Below are positions 56,401 to 64,000 of a stretch of DNA of 64,000 nt, in pieces. The stretch is from Scyliorhinus canicula (Eukaryota), in contig NC_052157.1 in the NCBI RefSeq assembly GCF_902713615.1, positions 61,220,146 to 61,284,145 of the forward strand. Reading direction: 5' to 3'. The notes below the pieces were generated by a model. The model searched no databases. It saw only the letters and a program-made list of their open reading frames with translations, and was not told the DNA's origin. The number at the start of each line of letters is the position of its first letter. The stretch's first letter is position 1. Made by a program: the position numbers and the translations under genes.

Positions 56401-59400
56401 ACTGTCGGAGGGTCAGTACTGAGTTAGTGCTGCACTGTCGGAAGGTCAGTACTGAGAGGGTGCTGCATTGTCGGAGGGCCAGGTCAGAGTGAGTGCTGCA
56501 CTATTGGAGTGTCAGTATTGAGGGAGAGCTGCACTGTCAGAGGGTCAGTACAGAGGGAATGCTGCACTGTCAGAGGATCAGTATAGAAGGAGCGCTGCAC
56601 TGTCAGAGGGTCAGTACAGCAGGAGTGCTGCTCTGCCAGAGGATCAGTACAGGTGGAGTGCTGCACTGTCAGAGGGTCAGTACTAAGGGAGTGCTGTACT
56701 GTCAGAGGGTCAGTACTGAGTGAGTGCTGCACTGTCGGAGGGTCAGTACTGAGGGAATGCTACACTGTCGGAGGGTCAGTACTGAGTTAGTGCTGCACTG
56801 TCGGGGGACAGTACTGAGAGAGTGCTGCATTGTCGGAGGGTCAGTTCAGAGTGAGTGCTGCACTGTTGGAGCGTCAGTATTGAGGGAGAGCTGCACTGTC
56901 AGAGTCAGTACTGAGGGAGTGCTGCAATGTCAGAGGGTCAGTACTGACAGAGTGCTGCACTGTCAGAGGGTCAGTACTGAGGGAGTGCTGCACTGTCGGA
57001 GGGTCAGTACTGAGGGAACGCTGCACTGTCAGAGGGTCAGTATTGAGGGGGAGCTGCACTGTCAGAGAGTCAGTACTGAGGGAGAGCTGCACTGTCAGAG
57101 AGTCAGTACTGACAGAGTGCTGCACTGTCAGAGGGTAAGTACTGAGGGAGCGCTGCACTGTCAGAGGGTCAGTACTGACAGAGTGCTGCACTGTCAGAGG
57201 GTCAGTACTGAGGGAGTGCTGCACTGTCAGAGGATCAGTGCTGCGGGAGTGCTGCACTGTCAGAGGATCAGTGCTGAGGGAGTGCTCCACTGCCAGAGGA
57301 TCAGTACTGCAGGAGTGCTGCACTGTCAAAGGATCAGTACTGCAGGAGTGCTGCACTGTCAGAGGGTCAGCAATGAGTGAGTGCTGCACTGTTTGAGGGT
57401 CAGTACAGAGGGAACGCTGCACTGTCAGACGGTCAGTCCTGAGGGAATGCTGCACTGTCACAGGGTCAGTACTGAGGGAATGCTGCACTGATGGGTCAGC
57501 ACAGAGCAAGCACTGCACTGGCAGAGGGTCAGTACTGAGGGAGTGCTGCACTGTCAGAGATTCAGTACTGTGGGAGTGCTGCACTGTCAGAGGGTCAGGA
57601 CTGAGGGAGTGCTGCACTGTCAGAGGGTCAGTACTGAGGGAGTGCTGCACTGTCAAAGGGTTAGTACTGAGGGAGTGCGCACTGTGAGAGCGTCAGTACT
57701 GAGAGAGTGCTGCACTGTCAGCGGGTCAGTACTGGGGTAGTGCTTCACTGTCAGATGGTCAGCAAAGAGGGAGTACTTCACTGCCAGAGGATCAGTACTG
57801 CAGGAGTGCTGCACTGTCAGAGGTTCAGTACTGAGGGAGTGCTGCAATGTCAGAGGGTCAGTACTGAGAGAGTGCTTTACTGTCACAGGGTCAGTACTGA
57901 GGAAGTATTGCAGTCAGAGGGTCAGGACTGAGGGAGTCCTGCACTGTCAGAGGGTCAGAACTGAGGGAGTGCTGCACTGTCAGAGGGTTCGTACTGAGGG
58001 AGCGCTGCACTGTCAGAGGGTCAGTACTGAGCTAGCGCTGCACTGCCAGAGGGTCAGTACTGAGGGAGTGCTGCACTGACGGGTCAGTACTGAGCTAGCG
58101 CTGCACTGCCAGAGGGTCAGTACTGAGGGAGTGCTGCACTGTCAATGGGTCAGTACTGAGGGAGTGTTGCACTGTCAGAGGTTAAGGACTGAGGGAGTCC
58201 TGCACTGTCAGAGGGTCAGTACTGAGGGAGTGCTGCACTGTCAGAGGGTCAGTACTGACGGAGTGCTGCACTGTCGGAGGGTCAGTACTGAGGGAACGCT
58301 GCACTGTCAGACGGTCAGTCCTGAGGGAATGCTGCACTGTCAGACGGTCAGTCCTGAGGGAATGCTGCACTGTCAGAGGGTCAGTACTAAGTTAGTGCTG
58401 CACTGTAGGAGGGTCAGTACTGAGAGAGGGCTGCATTGTCAGAGGGTCAGTTCAGAGTGAGTGCTGCACTGTTGGAGCGTCAGTATTGAGGGAGAGCTGC
58501 ACTGTCAGAGGGTCAGTACTGAGGGAGTGCTGCACTGTCAGAGGGTCAGTACTGAGGGAGTGCTGCACTGTCAGAGGGTCAGTACAGAGGAAATGCTGCA
58601 CTGTCAAGGATCAGTACAGAGGAGCGCTGCACTGTCAGAGGGTGAGTACTGAGTGAGTGCTGCACTGTCAGAGCGTCAGTACTGACGGAGTACTGCACTG
58701 TCAGAGGGTCAGTACTGAGGAAACGCTGCACTGTCAGAAGGTCGGTCCTGAGGGAATGCTGCACTGTCAGAGGGCCAGTACTGAAGGAGTGCTGCACTGT
58801 CAGAGGGTCAGTACTGCGGGAGTGCTGCACTGCCAAAGGATCAGCGCTGCAGGAGTGCCTCACTGTCAGTGGATCAGTACTGAGGGAGTGCTGCACTGTC
58901 AGATGGCCAGACCTGAGGGAGTGCTGCACTGTCAGAGGGTCAGCAATGAGTGAGTGCTGCACTGTCGGAGGGTCAGTACTGAGGGAGTGCTGTACTGTCA
59001 CAGGGTCACTACTGAGGGAGTGCTGCACTGTCAGAGGGTCAGGACTGAGGGAGTGCTGCACCATCAGAGGGTCCGTACTGAGGGAGTGCTGCACTGTCCG
59101 AGGGTCAGCACTGGGGTAGTGCTGCACTGTCAGATGGTCAGTACTGAGGGAGTGCTGCATTGTCAGAGGGTCATTCCTGAGGGAGTGCTGCACTGTCAGA
59201 GGCTCAGTACTGAGAGAGTGCTGTATTGTCACAGGGTCAGTACTGAGGCAGTGCTGCACTGTCAGAGGGTCAGTACTGAGGGAGCGCTGCACTGTCAGAG
59301 GGTCAGTACTGAGGGAGTGCTGTACTGACAGAGGGCAAGTACTGAGGGAGTGCTGCACTGATGGGTCAGTACTGAGCTAGCGCTGCACTGCCAGAGGGTC

Positions 59401-62400
59401 AGTACTGGAAGAGTGCTGCACTGTTAGAGGGTCAGTACTGAGGGAGTGCTGCACTATCGGAGGGTCAGTACTGAGGGAGTGCTGCACTGTCAGAGGGTCA
59501 GTACTGAGGGAGTGCTGCACTGTAGGAGGGTCAGTACTGAGTGAGTGCTGCACTGTCAGAGGGTCAGTACTGAGGGAGTGCTGCACTGTCAGGGGGTCAG
59601 TACTGAAGGAGTGCTGCGCTGTCAGAATGTCAGTACTGAGGGAGTGCTGCACTGTGGGAGGGTCAGTATTGAGGGAGTTCTGCACTGTCGGAGGGTGAGT
59701 ACTGAGGGAGCGCTGCACTGTCGGAGGGTGAGTACTGAGCGAGTGCTGCACTGTCAGAGGGTCAGTACTGACGGAGTGCTGCACTGTCGGAGGGTCAGTA
59801 CTGAGGGAACGCTGCACTGTCAGACGGTCAGTCCTGAGGGAATGCTGCACTGTCAGACGGTCAGTCCTGAGGGAATGCTGCACTGTCAGAGGGTCAGTAC
59901 TAAGTTAGTGCTGCACTGTAGGAGGGTCAGTACTGAGAGAGTGCTGCATTGTCGGAGGGTCAGTTCAGAGTGAGTGCTGCACTGTTGGAGCGTCAGTATT
60001 GAGGGAGAGCTGTACTGTCAGAGGGTCAGTACTGAGTGAGTGCTGCATTGTCGGAGGGTCAGTTCAGAGTGGGTGCTGCACTGTAGGAGCGTCAGTATTG
60101 AGGGAAAGCTGCACTGTCAGAGAGTCAGTACTGAGGGAGTGCTGCACTGTCAGAGGATCAATACAGAGGAGAGCTGCACTGTCAGAGGGTGAGTACTGAG
60201 GGAGTGCTGCACTGTCAGAGGTCAGTACTGAGGGAGTGCTGCACTGTCAGAAAATCAGTACTGAGGGAGTGCTGCACTGCCAGAGGATCAGTACGGCAGG
60301 AGTGTTGCACTGTCAAAGGATCAGTACTGCAGGAGTGCTGCATTGTCGGAGGGCCAGTTCAGAGTGAGTTCTGCACTATTGGAGTGTCAGTATTGAGGGA
60401 GAGCTGCACTGTCAGAGGGTCAATACTGAGGAAACGCTGCACTGTCGGACCGTCAGCCCTGAGGGAATGCTGCAGTGTCGGAAGGCCAGTACTGAGGGAG
60501 TGCTGCACTGTCGGAGGGTCAGTACTGAGTTAGTGCTGCACTGTCGGAAGGTCAGTACTGAGAGGGTGCTGCATTGTCGGAGGGCCAGGTCAGAGTGAGT
60601 GCTGCACTATTGGAGTGTCAGTATTGAGGGAGAGCTGCACTGTCAGAGGGTCAGTACAGAGGGAATGCTGCACTGTCAGAGGATCAGTATAGAAGGAGCG
60701 CTGCACTGTCAGAGGGTCAGTACAGCAGGAGTGCTGCTCTGCCAGAGGATCAGTACAGGTGGAGTGCTGCACTGTCAGAGGGTCAGTACTAAGGGAGTGC
60801 TGTACTGTCAGAGGGTCAGTACTGAGTGAGTGCTGCACTGTCGGAGGGTCAGTACTGAGGGAATGCTACACTGTCGGAGGGTCAGTACTGAGTTAGTGCT
60901 GCACTGTCGGGGGACAGTACTGAGAGAGTGCTGCATTGTCGGAGGGTCAGTTCAGAGTGAGTGCTGCACTGTTGGAGCGTCAGTATTGAGGGAGAGCTGC
61001 ACTGTCAGAGTCAGTACTGAGGGAGTGCTGCAATGTCAGAGGGTCAGTACTGACAGAGTGCTGCACTGTCAGAGGGTCAGTACTGAGGGAGTGCTGCACT
61101 GTCGGAGGGTCAGTACTGAGGGAACGCTGCACTGTCAGAGGGTCAGTATTGAGGGGGAGCTGCACTGTCAGAGAGTCAGTACTGAGGGAGAGCTGCACTG
61201 TCAGAGAGTCAGTACTGACAGAGTGCTGCACTGTCAGAGGGTAAGTACTGAGGGAGCGCTGCACTGTCAGAGGGTCAGTACTGACAGAGTGCTGCACTGT
61301 CAGAGGGTCAGTACTGAGGGAGTGCTGCACTGTCAGAGGATCAGTGCTGCGGGAGTGCTGCACTGTCAGAGGATCAGTGCTGAGGGAGTGCTCCACTGCC
61401 AGAGGATCAGTACTGCAGGAGTGCTGCACTGTCAAAGGATCAGTACTGCAGGAGTGCTGCACTGTCAGAGGGTCAGCAATGAGTGAGTGCTGCACTGTTT
61501 GAGGGTCAGTACAGAGGGAACGCTGCACTGTCAGACGGTCAGTCCTGAGGGAATGCTGCACTGTCACAGGGTCAGTACTGAGGGAATGCTGCACTGATGG
61601 GTCAGCACAGAGCAAGCACTGCACTGGCAGAGGGTCAGTACTGAGGGAGTGCTGCACTGTCAGAGATTCAGTACTGTGGGAGTGCTGCACTGTCAGAGGG
61701 TCAGGACTGAGGGAGTGCTGCACTGTCAGAGGGTCAGTACTGAGGGAGTGCTGCACTGTCAAAGGGTTAGTACTGAGGGAGTGCGCACTGTGAGAGCGTC
61801 AGTACTGAGAGAGTGCTGCACTGTCAGCGGGTCAGTACTGGGGTAGTGCTTCACTGTCAGATGGTCAGCAAAGAGGGAGTACTTCACTGCCAGAGGATCA
61901 GTACTGCAGGAGTGCTGCACTGTCAGAGGTTCAGTACTGAGGGAGTGCTGCAATGTCAGAGGGTCAGTACTGAGAGAGTGCTTTACTGTCACAGGGTCAG
62001 TACTGAGGAAGTATTGCAGTCAGAGGGTCAGGACTGAGGGAGTCCTGCACTGTCAGAGGGTCAGAACTGAGGGAGTGCTGCACTGTCAGAGGGTTCGTAC
62101 TGAGGGAGCGCTGCACTGTCAGAGGGTCAGTACTGAGCTAGCGCTGCACTGCCAGAGGGTCAGTACTGAGGGAGTGCTGCACTGTCAATGGGTCAGTACT
62201 GGGGAGTGCTGAACTGACAGAGGGCAAGTACTGAGGGAATGCTGCACTGACAGAGGGCAAGTACTGAGGGAGTGCTGCACTGTCAGAGGGTCAGTACTGA
62301 GGGAGCATTGCACAGTCAGAGGGTCAGTACTGAGGGAGTGCTGCACTGACGGGTCAGTACTGAGCTAGCGCTGCACTGCCAGAGGGTCAGTACTGAGGGA

Positions 62401-64000
62401 GTGCTGCACTGTCAATGGGTCAGTACTGAGGGAGTGTTGCACTGTCAGAGGTTAAGGACTGAGGGAGTCCTGCACTGTCAGAGGGTCAGTACTGAGGGAG
62501 TGCTGCACTGTCAGAGGGTCAGTACTGACGGAGTGCTGCACTGTCGGAGGGTCAGTACTGAGGGAACGCTGCACTGTCAGACGGTCAGTCCTGAGGGAAT
62601 GCTGCACTGTCAGACGGTCAGTCCTGAGGGAATGCTGCACTGTCAGAGGGTCAGTACTAAGTTAGTGCTGCACTGTAGGAGGGTCAGTACTGAGAGAGGG
62701 CTGCATTGTCGGAGGGTCAGTTCAGAGTGAGTGCTGCACTGTTGGAGCGTCAGTATTGAGGGAGAGCTGCACTGTCAGAGGGTCAGTACTGAGGGAGTGC
62801 TGCACTGTCAGAGGGTCAGTACTGAGGGAGTGCTGCACTGTCAGAGGGTCAGTACAGAGGAAATGCTGCACTGTCAAGGATCAGTACAGAGGAGCGCTGC
62901 ACTGTCAGAGGGTGAGTACTGAGTGAGTGCTGCACTGTCAGAGGGTCAGTACTGACGGAGTACTGCACTGTCAGAGGGTCAGTACTGAGGAAACGCTGCA
63001 CTGTCAGAAGGTCGGTCCTGAGGGAATGCTGCACTGTCAGAGGGCCAGTACTGAAGGAGTGCTGCACTGTCAGAGGGTCAGTACTGCGGGAGTGCTGCAC
63101 TGCCAAAGGATCAGCGCTGCAGGAGTGCCTCACTGTCAGTGGATCAGTACTGAGGGAGTGCTGCACTGTCAGATGGCCAGACCTGAGGGAGTGCTGCACT
63201 GTCAGAGGGTCAGCAATGAGTGAGTGCTGCACTGTCGGAGGGTCAGTACTGAGGGAGTGCTGTACTGTCACAGGGTCACTACTGAGGGAGTGCTGCACTG
63301 TCAGAGGGTCAGGACTGAGGGAGTGCTGCACCATCAGAGGGTCCGTACTGAGGGAGTGCTGCACTGTCCGAGGGTCAGCACTGGGGTAGTGCTGCACTGT
63401 CAGATGGTCAGTACTGAGGGAGTGCTGCATTGTCAGAGGGTCATTCCTGAGGGAGTGCTGCACTGTCAGAGGCTCAGTACTGAGAGAGTGCTGTATTGTC
63501 ACAGGGTCAGTACTGAGGCAGTGCTGCACTGTCAGAGGGTCAGTACTGAGGGAGCGCTGCACTGTCAGAGGGTCAGTACTGAGGGAGTGCTGTACTGACA
63601 GAGGGCAAGTACTGAGGGAGTGCTGCACTGATGGGTCAGTACTGAGCTAGCGCTGCACTGCCAGAGGGTCAGTACTGGAAGAGTGCTGCACTGTTAGAGG
63701 GTCAGTACTGAGGGAGTGCTGCACTATCGGAGGGTCAGTACTGAGGGAGTGCTGCACTGTCAGAGGGTCAGTACTGAGGGAGTGCTGCACTGTAGGAGGG
63801 TCAGTACTGAGTGAGTGCTGCACTGTCAGAGGGTCAGTACTGAGGGAGTGCTGCACTGTCAGGGGGTCAGTACTGAAGGAGTGCTGCGCTGTCAGAATGT
63901 CAGTACTGAGGGAGTGCTGCACTGTGGGAGGGTCAGTATTGAGGGAGTTCTGCACTGTCGGAGGGTGAGTACTGAGGGAGCGCTGCACTGTCGGAGGGTG
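50410..64000 (-). repeat. >13.5-kb 33-bp satellite in the opposite (G-rich on plus) orientation, with a ~4.1-4.3-kb higher-order duplication
   Basis: Unit agtgctgcactgtcagagggtcagtactgaggg. Identical ORF translations recur at offsets of 4106 and 4270. Confidence 0.95.

Noticed and set aside
16722-63988. Cys/His-periodic ORFs (VLHCQRVSTEG, RECCTVRGSVL, TVQHSLSTDPL) resembling zinc-finger or keratin-associated proteins
   Set aside because: The 33-bp monomer is a multiple of 3 and stop-free in several frames, and there are no splice signals or unique domains.
50410-64000. CRISPR-like array (33-bp palindromic repeats)
   Set aside because: Units are head-to-tail with no unique spacers, there are no cas genes, and the context is vertebrate.
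50410-64000. Cryptic RAG recombination signals (CACTGTC heptamer-like in every monomer)
   Set aside because: No ACAAAAACC-like nonamer at 12- or 23-bp spacing.

Overview
Eukaryotic genomic DNA, most likely from a cartilaginous fish (shark-type V-SINEs, DeuSINE-like and CR1/L2 fragments); no prokaryotic features. The window is almost entirely the introns of one minus-strand Siglec/MAG/CD22-like receptor gene. I reconstructed 7 phase-compatible coding exons: signal peptide, V-set, three C-type Ig domains, transmembrane segment, and a cytoplasmic exon with an ITIM-like SKYVEI. Four of these exons are missing from the ORF track. The V-set domain lacks the sialic-acid-binding Arg. The introns hold four Ty3/Gypsy-type LTR elements, all in the gene's sense orientation. 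Three are decayed gag-pol copies. The fourth is a very young pol-less element with identical LTRs and an intact 1133-aa Gag-derived ORF. The introns also hold a ~1.29-kb solo LTR, many SINE/LINE pieces, MITE-like elements and large 37-, 33- and ~20-bp tandem arrays. The main novelty candidates are: (i) two Gypsy elements with no tRNA PBS that instead carry a hairpin plus a covarying LTR-leader duplex (possible tRNA-independent priming or poly(A) occlusion); (ii) the pol-less Gag-derived element with an NRF1/ETS/CRE motif cluster and U3 and R-U5 duplications sharing one breakpoint; (iii) several aberrant LTR junctions; (iv) satellites apparently born from retroposon segments. Most long ORFs in the track are satellite artefacts. 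Family names are from recollection and no database search was run.
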